Shown: positions 33,519 through 43,696 of the stretch, in pieces
Position numbering within the stretch: position 1 is the first letter of the stretch
Layout: every line of letters begins with the position of its first letter
Sequence record: SRR2962707_660
DNA length: 64,000 bases
Direction: 5' to 3' (one strand)
Position numbers and translations under genes: made by a program
Notes under the pieces: model-generated
Database searches by the model: none
What the model saw: only the letters and a program-made list of their open reading frames with translations
Told to the model about the DNA's origin: nothing

Positions 33519-33983
33519 ATGAGGTTGAATTCAACGAACAAGCGGATTCTGGCCGTCGCCTCCGGCGGCGGACACTGGACCCAGTTGCTCCGTCTGCGGC
33601 CTGCTTTCGACGAGTTCGACGTTACATTTGTGACGACAATTCATGGCCTGGGTGACGATATCGTCGGCGCCGACGTCCGCATTGTTCGTGATTCATCCGG
33701 CGACGACAGGCTTTCACTCCTCGTCACGCTCTGGCAGATGTTGAAAATAGTTCGGGACGTGCGCCCTTCCATCGTCATCACGACGGGCGCGGCGCCTGGC
33801 CTCATTGCACTTTGCCTTGGAAAGGTTTTTGGGGCTCAAACCGTCTGGATCGACAGCATCGCAAATGCCGAACGCCTGTCCCTCTCAGGCAAGATCGCAG
33901 GCTGGTTTGCAGACCTCTGGCTCACGCAATGGCCGCATCTCGCAAAGAGTGGCGGCCCTCTCTTCAAGGGAGCGGTACTTTGA
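33519..33983 (+). CDS. Alg14-like glycosyltransferase subunit (PssD/CpsF type)
   Basis: AVASGGGHW.QL, VITTGAAPG, WIDSIAN..LSLSG, LTQWP. Confidence 0.9.
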   Translation: MRLNSTNKRILAVASGGGHWTQLLRLRPAFDEFDVTFVTTIHGLGDDIVGADVRIVRDSSGDDRLSLLVTLWQMLKIVRDVRPSIVITTGAAPGLIALCLGKVFGAQTVWIDSIANAERLSLSGKIAGWFADLWLTQWPHLAKSGGPLFKGAVL

Positions 33984-34462
33984 TTCTCGTAACCGTGGGC
34001 ACACAACTGCCCTTTGATCGGTTGGTCAGAGCCATCGATAACTGGGCCAGGCAGTCTGGCGAACGAGACATCTTCGGTCAGATTGGCGCCGCCACTTACA
34101 AACCAGACTGCTTTGAAGCAACGCCTTTCATGGCGCCTGCTGCCCTCCAGTCGAGAGTGAGCCAAGCCAATCTGATCGTATCGCATGCGGGCATGGGATC
34201 TGTTATCGCTGCGCTTACCATGAGCAAACCGATTATCATCATGCCTCGGAAGAAAGGTTTGGGAGAGCACAGAAACGATCACCAGGTTGCCACGGCACGC
34301 AATCTTGAAACGCGAGCGGGGATCCATGTGGCTTGGAATGAAACGCAACTCGTGGAAATGTTGGATGGCCGGGAGCGTCTCGAACCGTCGCCGCCAATAG
34401 GATCCTACGCACCATCGGACTTCACCACTTTTTTGAAAACCTTCGTCGAAAACACTCGCTAG
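33980..34462 (+). CDS. Alg13-like GT28 C-terminal subunit (PssE/CpsG type)
   Basis: TTG start overlapping the previous stop; ILVTVGTQLPFDRLV, SHAGMGS, PR..GEHRNDHQ. Confidence 0.9.
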   Translation: MILVTVGTQLPFDRLVRAIDNWARQSGERDIFGQIGAATYKPDCFEATPFMAPAALQSRVSQANLIVSHAGMGSVIAALTMSKPIIIMPRKKGLGEHRNDHQVATARNLETRAGIHVAWNETQLVEMLDGRERLEPSPPIGSYAPSDFTTFLKTFVENTR

Positions 34463-34470
34463 GCACTCAA

Positions 34471-35343
34471 GTGACTGTAAATATTTCCGTAGTTGTCCCG
34501 CACTACAACGATTTGGAGAACTTGCGCCGCTGTCTGCAATTGCTTCAGTCCCAAACTCTCCCACGCGATAAGTTTGAAGTGCTGGTTGCCGACAACAATT
34601 CGCCGACCGGCATGGCCCCAATAGAACAGATTGCAGACGGTCAGGCTCGAGTTGTCCTCGAAACACGCAAGGGTGCCGGCATTGCTCGTAATGCTGGCGC
34701 GCTAGCCGCTTCCGGCGAAATCCTGGCTTTCATAGATTCCGACTGCAGGCCCGCGCCGGATTGGCTGGAGAAGGGGTTGGCCGCACTTAAAACCTGCGAT
34801 GTCGTCGGAGGAAGAGTGCGAGTGGGACGCGGCGCGGCAGGTTTTTTGACACCTGCGGAAGCCTTCGAATGCGTTTTTGCATTCGATATTGAATCCTACG
34901 TAAATGAAAAGGGCTTCGTACCGAGCGGAAATATGTTTGTTCGCCGCAGCACTTTCAAAGCTGTCGGTGGTTTTCGCGGTGGCGTTTCCGAAGACGTGGA
35001 ATGGAGCCGCCGCGCGGCCGGTATGGGTTTTAAACTCGTGTATGGCGATGATGTCGTGGTGGAACATCCCGCTCGAACGACGTGGACTGATTTAAAAGCT
35101 AAGTGGCGCCGGGTGTCTCTCGAAAGTTACTTGCTGATGCGCGAACAACGGCTCGGACGGCTAAAATGGATACTAAGAAGCTGGGTGGTGTTGTGCTCTC
35201 CGTTCTTCCATATTTTGAAAGTAGTACGCTCGACAGAACTTGAGACGCCTGTCGATCGGGTAAACGCAATTGCAGCTCTTTTTGCTATTCGCAGTTACCG
35301 TTTTGTCGAAGCACACAAGGTGACGTGGCGGCAGCCCCCTTGA
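34471..35343 (+). CDS. GT2 glycosyltransferase
   Basis: SVVVPHYN, VADNNS, ARNAG, AFIDSDC, SEDVEW. Confidence 0.9.
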   Translation: MTVNISVVVPHYNDLENLRRCLQLLQSQTLPRDKFEVLVADNNSPTGMAPIEQIADGQARVVLETRKGAGIARNAGALAASGEILAFIDSDCRPAPDWLEKGLAALKTCDVVGGRVRVGRGAAGFLTPAEAFECVFAFDIESYVNEKGFVPSGNMFVRRSTFKAVGGFRGGVSEDVEWSRRAAGMGFKLVYGDDVVVEHPARTTWTDLKAKWRRVSLESYLLMREQRLGRLKWILRSWVVLCSPFFHILKVVRSTELETPVDRVNAIAALFAIRSYRFVEAHKVTWRQPP

Positions 35344-35406
35344 GAACAGCTCAAGAAGTCGAGTCCGCCCGGGCGGATGTCCTCAATGCAACAAGCCGCA
35401 AAAACG

Positions 35407-35523
35407 CGTCTGCGACCTACTTTCGATGAGTTCGGCGTTACACTTGGGACGACAATGCAAGGCTTAGTGGATGATATCGGCGGCACCGATGTCCACATTG
35501 TCCCCGACTCATCCGGCGGTTGA
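35407..35523 (+). pseudogene. Degenerate internal fragment of the pssD-like gene
   Basis: 35407-35518 aligns ungapped to 33591-33702 at 91/112 nt by hand count (RLRPTFDEFGVT... vs RLRPAFDEFDVT...), then reaches a TGA. Confidence 0.8.
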
Positions 35524-36130
35524 TTATCAGTTACACTATTCCAAGCGGTAGGCCACTCGAATGGGCCATCTTAGAAAACTCCGCTTCGGAACGATTTTGA
35601 TCCCGTATCACCCTGCAGGGACTGAAGTTAATGTCAATATTGTCGCAATCCGTCTGAGCCCTTCGCAAGGGCGGCATATCTTTTTTCTTCGCAAAGGTCC
35701 TGGATCGAGCCGGGCGGCGTTCAGGTATACGTCCGTCATCCTATTTTGCACATCCCTTATCAGGTGACCAAGTCAGCGAGCGGCAAGCGATATTTGAATC
35801 GATCTTCCAGTCGCGAAGCTGGGGCTCTTTCATAATAACCCGTAAGTCACTGTTGTTGAAGAACTTGGACATGTCGACTGGAGGGTTTCGATACCTTGAT
35901 CTTGGAAAAGCCTCCTTTGAATTTTCCGTCTCCGGAGCAATATCTAAAGGACTATCATGCCAGCAGAGACTTTTCGCGCTATGTGGGAGTATGGAGTTTG
36001 GAACAGGTTCGAGACGTCATGAGCAACCGAATGAAGATATAAAGGGGTGTTATCCGGTTCGTCATCTCGGCAATGCTGATACTGTGTAACTTTCCGTACT
36101 GAGACGCTATCCACCTCGGGGAACACGCTT

Positions 36131-37288
36131 TTGAAAGCTCGACCGTCTGCAATAGATGTAGGGATACTAAACCCGATGGCCTTCGACGGTCGGGGGCCGA
36201 GCGAGACAACCGTGCGGATCGCGAGAGAGTGGCAGAAATCAGGTGCGCATGTGCGGCTGGTCGGCTCACGCGCCAGAAAGAAACCCGAAGGACTGAAAGT
36301 CACTCATCCCGCCCATATGGGGCTCAATTGGCTGCCCTATCGGAAAGTTGCTGTTCCACTTGAGAGAGCCGCAGAGGAGATATTCATCCGGCAAACAGAG
36401 CCAAGCCAAGCTTGTCATGTCTGGCCCAGCGCTTCCACACACGCTAGGAAGCGACTCAGGCAACGTGGTGCTGTCCTATTCGTGGAAATGATCAATTGCC
36501 ACACGGCTATGGAACGAGAACTCGTGATGGCGGAGTATCAACGGCTGGGCATCCACGAAACGGGTTACATCGCTTCCGACATGGTCAGTAAGCAAAGAGC
36601 CGATCTAGCCCTCGCAGATTTCATCTTTGCACCGAACGCTTGGGTTCGGGAATCCTTGGCGAACGAAGACATAGATCACAGCGCAATCATTGATACATCG
36701 TACGGCGCCTATGCACGCGACGATATAGAAAGCGAAATGCAGGAACGCAATGAGAGATCCGCGCGGCCCGGCCGAAGACTGACTTACGTCTTCGTCGGCA
36801 ATCTCAGTATTCAAAAAGGCGCACATACCCTTCTGCGTTCGTGGAACAAAGCTCGGGTGGATGGAGATTTGATTATCGCAGGCGACATCGACCCGACCTT
36901 CTCGAAGCACTTCGGCAGTCTGATGAACACCGAGAATGTATTTCACCATGGATTCGTCGCATCGATCGACAAACTCTACGCAAGTGCAGATGTTTTCTTA
37001 TTCCCATCGTTGACAGAAGGAGGTCCGCAAGTCGTCTACGAAGCAGCGGCTCACGGACTTCCAATGATTGTATCTCCGATGGGTGGCGGTCGCCTTGCAG
37101 TTGACGGCGTTAATTCACTTGTTCGCTCTCCATATGACGAGAGCAAGTGGGTGGAAGCCATTCAAGATGTTCACCACGACTCGGAACTGCGGCAAAAGCT
37201 CGGCAAGAATGCCGCCGTCGCCTCATTGGCGTTTACTTGGGAGAATGTTGCACGGCAGCGGCTCGATGCTATTATCCAACGGGTTTAA
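36131..37288 (+). CDS. GT4 glycosyltransferase
   Basis: FVGNLSIQKG, ADVFLFPSLTEGGPQVVYEAAAHGLP; start uncertain. Confidence 0.88.
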   Translation: MKARPSAIDVGILNPMAFDGRGPSETTVRIAREWQKSGAHVRLVGSRARKKPEGLKVTHPAHMGLNWLPYRKVAVPLERAAEEIFIRQTEPSQACHVWPSASTHARKRLRQRGAVLFVEMINCHTAMERELVMAEYQRLGIHETGYIASDMVSKQRADLALADFIFAPNAWVRESLANEDIDHSAIIDTSYGAYARDDIESEMQERNERSARPGRRLTYVFVGNLSIQKGAHTLLRSWNKARVDGDLIIAGDIDPTFSKHFGSLMNTENVFHHGFVASIDKLYASADVFLFPSLTEGGPQVVYEAAAHGLPMIVSPMGGGRLAVDGVNSLVRSPYDESKWVEAIQDVHHDSELRQKLGKNAAVASLAFTWENVARQRLDAIIQRV

Positions 37289-37328
37289 AACGTTGGACTT
37301 TCATCTTCGGGCAATTAGGTCCCCGCGA

Positions 37329-38189
37329 ATGTCGCTCTTAAAGAAAGCACGATCGATCATTCGCGAGAATCGTCGAAGCTCTCCGATCCAGTTCTGCGCA
37401 AACATGTGCGAGAAATTTCTCCGCGCATACTACAACGAAGATTATTATGATTTTTCTAGGAACGGTGAGTACTGGGTCCTTCAATGTTTTGCGCAGCAAG
37501 CTGGGGGTAGGTCCATTGGGCCCGGCAATATCGTCGCTTTAGATGTAGGCGCACATAAGGGCTCCTGGACGCTTGAACTTCTCAAAGTCCTACCAAACAG
37601 CTCCGTCTTTTGCTTTGAACCCGTGTTGGAAATTGCAGAAGAAGGGCGATCCGTTTTTGCACGCGATCCAAGAGTTGCATATGTGAATGTTGCCCTTTCT
37701 TCCGAAGACGGAATATCCTCTATCACCCGAAATTTTGTTCACGACTCAACCAATTCGATTGCACCTCGACTGGGGTCACATCTTTTTTCGCAATTGGATA
37801 GTATTGAGGATGTCGAGATCATCTTAAAAAAGGGCGACAGCATTATCTCCGAACTTGGGTTGAGCTCTGTCGATATACTAAAAATTGACGTCGAAGGGCA
37901 TGAAGTAAATGTATTGCTCGGTTTAGGTGAGTTACTTGCGTCAGAAGGAAAACCGACGCTGATACAGTTTGAGTACGGGCAAACATATATTCCTGCATGC
38001 CATTCTCTTTATGAAATTTACAATATTCTAGAGCCTTTAGGTTACGATATCGGCCGCCTCTACCCCAATTACGTGGATTTCAAACCCTACAATTGGAACG
38101 ACGATAATTTCAGGATGGGAAATTACGTCGCGGCGCACCGACAGTCTAAACTGCGCACGCTGTTGGGAATACGTGGAACAGAAACATGA
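37329..38189 (+). CDS. FkbM-family methyltransferase
   Basis: NGEY, LDVGAHKG, FCFEP, NVALS, LKIDVEGHE..VL.G, IQFEY. Confidence 0.9.
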   Translation: MSLLKKARSIIRENRRSSPIQFCANMCEKFLRAYYNEDYYDFSRNGEYWVLQCFAQQAGGRSIGPGNIVALDVGAHKGSWTLELLKVLPNSSVFCFEPVLEIAEEGRSVFARDPRVAYVNVALSSEDGISSITRNFVHDSTNSIAPRLGSHLFSQLDSIEDVEIILKKGDSIISELGLSSVDILKIDVEGHEVNVLLGLGELLASEGKPTLIQFEYGQTYIPACHSLYEIYNILEPLGYDIGRLYPNYVDFKPYNWNDDNFRMGNYVAAHRQSKLRTLLGIRGTET

Positions 38190-39595
38190 CGCCGTACCGG
38201 CGCAAAGCAATTGCGGAGCAGATCCCCGCATGGCAACGCGCGACAAAGTCAGGGTCACGGGCGCGATATCAGGGTTTTCTTACGGCCGTGCCGTGGCCTG
38301 CGTTCATTTTCCTTCTTGGATTAGTTTGGCCAACGGCAGCAGCAATTCATCTAGGTGACCTTTTTCTACCCGTCTATCGTATTATTCTTCTTGCTCTGTT
38401 TCCCGTCCTCCTCCTCGCAATTGCGAGGGCGCGTGTCAGGTTGGCCGCCCCCGACTATTTAGTCGTTGGGTTTGCACTCGCTCAAGGATTGATAGTCATC
38501 GGGCATCACGGCCTTTTTGAGCCGATCGAGGTCATCTCTTATGTATCATCGCAATCAGCAACTGGAATCGAGAATGCGGGCTCTTTTTTTCTAGAAACAG
38601 CCATTCCCTACTTGACTGCCAGATTGTTCATTCGAGACACAAATGCTGTTGTAGCAACAATGCGTCTCCAAATTGTGCTTGTACTCGCGATCGCAATAAC
38701 CACCGTCGTTCAAGCGCTCACCGGGTATTCGTTATTCGCCGGTGGGTACGTCGGCGGCGAAATCAGAATGGGATTGTTCCGCAGCAATGGCCCATTTCCG
38801 CATCCAATACTCTGGGGTCTTTTCGCTGCGAGTTCATTTACTTTTGCTTTTTTGGCTACTGCCACCGCTTCGGAGGGTTGGAAGCGCACAGCAATTGCAG
38901 CGTTGATTTTCATTGCAACAGTCACCTCTGCTTCTTCGGCACCTATGTTGGCTGTTGTCGTGCAGCTATGCCTTATCCTTTGGCTCACGATTTCAAAGCG
39001 TTTACGGCATCGATGGTGGTATCTCACTGCAGCTTTTGTAACCGCCTATATAGCCATAGACATTCTATCAAATCGCACTCCCGTTCATGTGTTGTTTTCA
39101 TACGCCACGCTTAGTCCCGGCACCGGATATTACCGAATGCTAATTTGGGAGTATGGGTGGGCCAACGTAGTCAATTCTCCTCTTTTCGGCATAGGACTTA
39201 ATGACTGGACGCGCCCGTTCTGGATGAACGCGAGCGTCGACGCATTCTGGCTCGTTGTAATGATGCGTTGTGGTCTATTGGGGTTTGCCTGTCTGGTCGC
39301 GGGGCTGCTAGCAGCGTTCATCCAAGTCGCCCGAACAACCAACACCCTGTCTGTTAGCGACAGACGCATAGCAGCAGGGTGGATGATTACATTTTCTGCC
39401 TATGTTCTCGGAGGAATCACGGTAGCTTTCTTCTATCAATCGCTAGCTCATTTTTTCTTCTTGGCGGGCTTCTGGGGCGCGTTTATTAGCAACAAGAAAA
39501 GCCGGTCGCAGTTGCGACGACTTTCAGCGGGCACATTGACCCAAGCTCAATCGAACCGCTCTTCTGCATATCCCCGCAGCCAGGTGCGCCTGTGA
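38186..39595 (+). CDS. Wzy / O-antigen ligase-family polymerase
   Basis: About 11 TM helices; RMGLFRSNGPFPHPILWG, YYRMLIWEYG, GIGLNDW.RP.WM..SVDAFWL. Confidence 0.82.
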   Translation: MTPYRRKAIAEQIPAWQRATKSGSRARYQGFLTAVPWPAFIFLLGLVWPTAAAIHLGDLFLPVYRIILLALFPVLLLAIARARVRLAAPDYLVVGFALAQGLIVIGHHGLFEPIEVISYVSSQSATGIENAGSFFLETAIPYLTARLFIRDTNAVVATMRLQIVLVLAIAITTVVQALTGYSLFAGGYVGGEIRMGLFRSNGPFPHPILWGLFAASSFTFAFLATATASEGWKRTAIAALIFIATVTSASSAPMLAVVVQLCLILWLTISKRLRHRWWYLTAAFVTAYIAIDILSNRTPVHVLFSYATLSPGTGYYRMLIWEYGWANVVNSPLFGIGLNDWTRPFWMNASVDAFWLVVMMRCGLLGFACLVAGLLAAFIQVARTTNTLSVSDRRIAAGWMITFSAYVLGGITVAFFYQSLAHFFFLAGFWGAFISNKKSRSQLRRLSAGTLTQAQSNRSSAYPRSQVRL

Positions 39596-40515
39596 CGCCA
39601 GCTCGCGCCCCAGCTATCGGCAGTTTCCTGAAGAGATTGCCCGTGCGAGAGTAGCGCAAGAAACGAATAACCCGCGTACCGCGTCAGAACCCAGAGCATC
39701 AGAAGCCCCACGCCAGCTCCTCGTTGCCAGATCGGGAAATGCCTCCGAACAAGCTCGACCTTGGCGGTCAAAAGTTTGATGAGCTTGCCGGCTCGTGTCT
39801 TCTCGGATGCGCCTCCATAATGCACGATGGTCGCTTCCGGTGTAATCATGGGCCGGCAGCCGATTTTCCGGGCGCGAAGGCATAAATCGGCCTCCTCTCC
39901 GTACATGAAGAATGCTGGCGCGAAGCCGCCAAGCCGCACCCACATCTCTCGTTTGATCAAAAATAAGCAGCCAGTGACGATGTCGACCCGCCTGACGCTG
40001 TCGCGCTGCCACCCGCCATAGGATTCCGGATTGAATATCTCGCTTTTGGGGAAAATCAAACTCAATCCCACCGCCCGGCAGAAAAGATTCCAGAGGGTCA
40101 TTCGTCGCCAGCATGACGTAGGGTTGAGAGAGCCGTCGGCGAAGACAGTCCGTCCGCCCCATATATTGGCTTCCTGATTGTCTCGCGCAAAGTCCAGCAG
40201 CCTGTCTATTGCATGATCGAGAACCAGCGTGTCGGGGTTAAGCAAAAGCAGATAGTCGCCTTGCGCATATTCGGCGGCGAGGTTGTTGGCTCTCGCAAAT
40301 CCGTGGTTCTCTGCCTCCGCCAGAAGACGAACCTGCGGAAATTCTTCTCTTATGGCCGCTACCGAACCGTCTTCGGAGGCATTGTCGACAAGAACGATCT
40401 CGAAATCCGAAGAAAGTGCCTGCGCATAAATTGAACGGAGGCACGCGAGCGTCATCTGGCGCGTATTGAAACTGACAATGATAATCGAAAAATTAGACCC
40501 AACCGCTGTCTGCAT
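39547..40515 (-). CDS. GT2 glycosyltransferase (rhamnosyltransferase-like)
   Basis: SIIIVSFNT, VDNASEDGS, NHGFARANN, LLLNPD, FFMYGEEADLC; 3' end overlaps wzy by 49 bp. Confidence 0.88.
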   Translation of the reverse strand: MQTAVGSNFSIIIVSFNTRQMTLACLRSIYAQALSSDFEIVLVDNASEDGSVAAIREEFPQVRLLAEAENHGFARANNLAAEYAQGDYLLLLNPDTLVLDHAIDRLLDFARDNQEANIWGGRTVFADGSLNPTSCWRRMTLWNLFCRAVGLSLIFPKSEIFNPESYGGWQRDSVRRVDIVTGCLFLIKREMWVRLGGFAPAFFMYGEEADLCLRARKIGCRPMITPEATIVHYGGASEKTRAGKLIKLLTAKVELVRRHFPIWQRGAGVGLLMLWVLTRYAGYSFLALLSHGQSLQETADSWGASWRHRRTWLRGYAEERFD

Positions 40516-40695
40516 AATGGGAACAGTATGCACTTCTCAACGCCACCATTGCCATACGGCGGCACCTGCTTTCTTTGAGATTGCGCAATGTTAAATGTAG
40601 GATGCTTAGCGTAGTGACAATGTCGCAACGGCGATCAAGGAGAGAAGAAAAATATTGAACTGTGGAAATATGGATAGCAGATTCACTATAGCCAA

Positions 40696-41814
40696 ATGCA
40701 AATCAGATGGAACATGAGTATGGGTGAAATATTACAAGACCTCGTTCGAATAAAACTTCCCGACAGAGAGGCACACAACTCGCGTTTATTTGTTGATTTA
40801 TGCGAGAATATTCACATTCATCATCGCGAGTTCCGCATTGTCTTCTCTCTCGACGAATATTTCGAATTCGTAGACATTATTCGGAGGTCGACCGAGGATG
40901 TCCGCAGCTATCTCGCCCAGAATCCCGATTTTGAAGAAGGTCTCTACGGCACAACCCTGATGGTAGCGGGCGGAGCTGACCGCCAACGCAAGCTTTTGGA
41001 GAAGTCTCCGCAACCGAACCGTTCGAAGTACTTCGCAAATGACTTCGCTATCGAACTGCAGACAGAGACCGTCACGGATGAAATTCATGTCCATTGGCGA
41101 GATTACAGATTTGCTCTGAACCGGGATCAATTCAAAAAAATAGCGGATGCATTTACATCTGCCAAAATGGCTTTGGACGACTTCGAAAGTCGGCAGCATT
41201 ACGCTCGACGGTCACATCACGATCGAACGATGGAAGATTTTGAGAAAGAACAAAAAAAATACGCGGACAGCGAAACACGTCTCGTAGATGAAGTGGACAT
41301 GAAGATCAGCGACATACAGACGCGATTTAAGGATATCGAGAAGGAGTTTCAGCCTTCGTCAACTGCCATAAAATTTCTGGAAAACCTGTATAGAAATCGG
41401 GAGCGGGTTTTTCCCATTTTGCTCAGTACAGAGAAGAACGGGGATCATATTGTAATCGACGGAAGTCATCGATACCTGGCAGCAATAAGGGCGGGCCTTC
41501 CATCGGTTAATTGCATTATTTCGAGTATTTCCTTCGACCAATCAGAAAAGTTTCGAAAAGCGGAGTGGCTACTGAAGGAATTCGATAGGGAAACGGGGTA
41601 TCGATATGACACATCTGCTTCCAATCGAGAGTTTTTCGCATACAAGATGGGACGATATTATCGAAATCATTTCTACGGAAAACTAAACCCTACAATGGGA
41701 GATCGGTTCAGGCGTCTGAAGAAGGATATCAGGCCAAGCATTTCTCAAAAATTGAAGCGCTGGCCGACCGTACACGTGCTCGCAAAGAAAGTTTATCATG
41801 CGGCGAAACTTTGA
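40696..41814 (+). CDS. Hypothetical protein with a ParB/Sulfiredoxin-like domain
   Basis: PILL...HIVIDGSHRYLAA...GLPSVNCII; duplicated E-I-H-x-H-x-R motif in the N-terminal half. Confidence 0.7.
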   Translation: MQIRWNMSMGEILQDLVRIKLPDREAHNSRLFVDLCENIHIHHREFRIVFSLDEYFEFVDIIRRSTEDVRSYLAQNPDFEEGLYGTTLMVAGGADRQRKLLEKSPQPNRSKYFANDFAIELQTETVTDEIHVHWRDYRFALNRDQFKKIADAFTSAKMALDDFESRQHYARRSHHDRTMEDFEKEQKKYADSETRLVDEVDMKISDIQTRFKDIEKEFQPSSTAIKFLENLYRNRERVFPILLSTEKNGDHIVIDGSHRYLAAIRAGLPSVNCIISSISFDQSEKFRKAEWLLKEFDRETGYRYDTSASNREFFAYKMGRYYRNHFYGKLNPTMGDRFRRLKKDIRPSISQKLKRWPTVHVLAKKVYHAAKL

Positions 41815-41864
41815 CTACGCTTGGTCGTAGCCGCAGTCCCGTCGATACAATTTCCAGATTAGAC

Positions 41865-42896
41865 CTATAAATCTCTACCGGGCGAGCGGCCAAAAAGAAC
41901 GCCCATCTGGTATTGGAAATTCTGAACGCCAAGCTTCGCAAGAAACCCACCGCAATCACTGTAACAAAAATCTCCGGCACGTATTTCAGCGGTTCCGTCT
42001 TGCAGAATATAGTAACTCGGTAAGCCATAAATCTGAGTTGCTGTAAGGAGTGCCGTTGTTGGCGGACCGACCACTGCAACTATAGAACCAGCATGACTAC
42101 CAAACAGAAGTTCGATCGGAAAATCTCCCGTCACCATCGTCATGCCGTCGTTCAAAGATTCTTCATGAAGAAGTTTTCGTGAGTCATCTCGTGGATGTGG
42201 CTTTATCACGACATGCCATCCGGCGGTGTTCAGCCGCGAGATTAGTGACATTATGTAGTCGTGGTTGAAATCAAAACCCTTGCCGCCCAACGCCAGAAGC
42301 ACATATGGAGAGTTCGGAATTCGCGGCAACTTAGCAAACTTCTGTCGAATCGCGAGGTCAACTACTGCCTTGTATTTTTCTTTGTCAATTTGATGCTTCT
42401 TCCCAGAGAAAGATGACAGCATCGGACAATACAGATGCGCTTCAGAAAACAAGTTGTCGTCGAGAGGTATATCCGCTTCTTCCAACTTTCTGACGCGGTT
42501 TGACCAATAGCGTAGCACCCGACTACGTTCAGTATGGACTCGCCTCATTGTGTAGGTCGCCAATCCATCGTCGAAATAGGAGTAGGCTCCCGCCGGCCGA
42601 CCGAAGCTCACATATTTGTGAGCCGCCGAGAATGTTGACGAAATATACAGCACATCAAAGTGTTTTGCGTGCCATGAAAGTCGAAGCCAATCTTGGCGTC
42701 TCGGCGTTTCTTCGTCTGTCAATGACCGAAACACCACCTCATCGCCCCCTGCAATCGGCGTAAGGCTGCGAGCAAATTCGGCCAGTTGGACGGTCGATGT
42801 CACAACACTTGTGCATCCAGAAACATTCGAAGCAAAATATGCGATAGCTTGACTCTCGTTTGCCACGAAGGCCATCGCCCGGGACATGGTTCCCAT
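41865..42896 (-). CDS. Putative nonulosonate (sialyltransferase-like) glycosyltransferase
   Basis: YSYFDDGLATY, VIKPHPRD, FPIELL and GPPTTAL match the D/E-D/E-G, HP and S/T-S/T motifs of bacterial GT-B sialyltransferases. Confidence 0.7.
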   Translation of the reverse strand: MGTMSRAMAFVANESQAIAYFASNVSGCTSVVTSTVQLAEFARSLTPIAGGDEVVFRSLTDEETPRRQDWLRLSWHAKHFDVLYISSTFSAAHKYVSFGRPAGAYSYFDDGLATYTMRRVHTERSRVLRYWSNRVRKLEEADIPLDDNLFSEAHLYCPMLSSFSGKKHQIDKEKYKAVVDLAIRQKFAKLPRIPNSPYVLLALGGKGFDFNHDYIMSLISRLNTAGWHVVIKPHPRDDSRKLLHEESLNDGMTMVTGDFPIELLFGSHAGSIVAVVGPPTTALLTATQIYGLPSYYILQDGTAEIRAGDFCYSDCGGFLAKLGVQNFQYQMGVLFGRSPGRDL

Positions 42897-42965
42897 GTGA
42901 ACTTACCACTCCTCTTTGCCAACCTTGCCCTGACAAAATAGCGCATAGATTAGAGTCAGTATCGA

Positions 42966-43694
42966 ATGCCATATCTTTTTTCAGTCTGCACTCTCTTTAC
43001 CAATGCCGGCGAGTACCGGCAAATGAAGACCAGCTTCCTGCAGCGCGGGTTTGATGACGAAAACACCGAGTTCCTGGAGATAGACAACACCCAGGGAAAC
43101 AGTTTCGACGCTTATTCAGGCATACGGGAATTTATAGGTAAGGCGGCGGGCCGGTATATCGTCGTGTGCCATCAGGATGTTGAACTTGTCGATGATGGTT
43201 TTGAAGATTTGCAGGCTCGCTTGCTGGAACTCGATGCCGCCGATCCCCAGTGGGCGGTCGCAGGAAATGCCGGCATGAACGGACTTCGCGGCTGGGCGGT
43301 CCGCATTACCGACCCTCTCCTGCCCAATGTGCGCGTTGGCAATCTGCCCGCGCAAGTTGACAGCCTTGATGAGAATTTTCTCGTCATCAAGAGATCATCC
43401 CTCGTGGCCCCCTCTTCGGATCTCCGTGGATTTCATTTTTACGGACTTGATCTGTGCCTTCAAGCGTGGCTCGCGGGGCATCGCGCTTATGTCATCGACT
43501 TTCATCTTGAGCATAAAAGTGGTGGAGAAAAGTCAGAGTCCTACTACGTTTGCCGCGGCGAAATTGAACAAAAGTACGCACGCCTCACAAGCGGCAGGGT
43601 CATTCGCACGACCTGCGACTTTGTCTTTCTCGGCTGGCTCTCGCATATCAGCTTTCTTCGTCGTCCGCTTGCAAGCTTCATCCGCCTGTTTTGA
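42966..43694 (+). CDS. GT-A fold (GT2-like) protein
   Basis: EIDN, GRYIVVCHQDV, VAGNAG, VDSLDE, GFHFYGLDLC. Confidence 0.7.
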   Translation: MPYLFSVCTLFTNAGEYRQMKTSFLQRGFDDENTEFLEIDNTQGNSFDAYSGIREFIGKAAGRYIVVCHQDVELVDDGFEDLQARLLELDAADPQWAVAGNAGMNGLRGWAVRITDPLLPNVRVGNLPAQVDSLDENFLVIKRSSLVAPSSDLRGFHFYGLDLCLQAWLAGHRAYVIDFHLEHKSGGEKSESYYVCRGEIEQKYARLTSGRVIRTTCDFVFLGWLSHISFLRRPLASFIRLF

Positions 43695-43696
43695 CG

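Noticed and set aside
40696-41814. Chromosome or plasmid partitioning ParB
   Set aside because: No ParA, no evident HTH and no parS recognised; kept only as a ParB/Srx-fold protein
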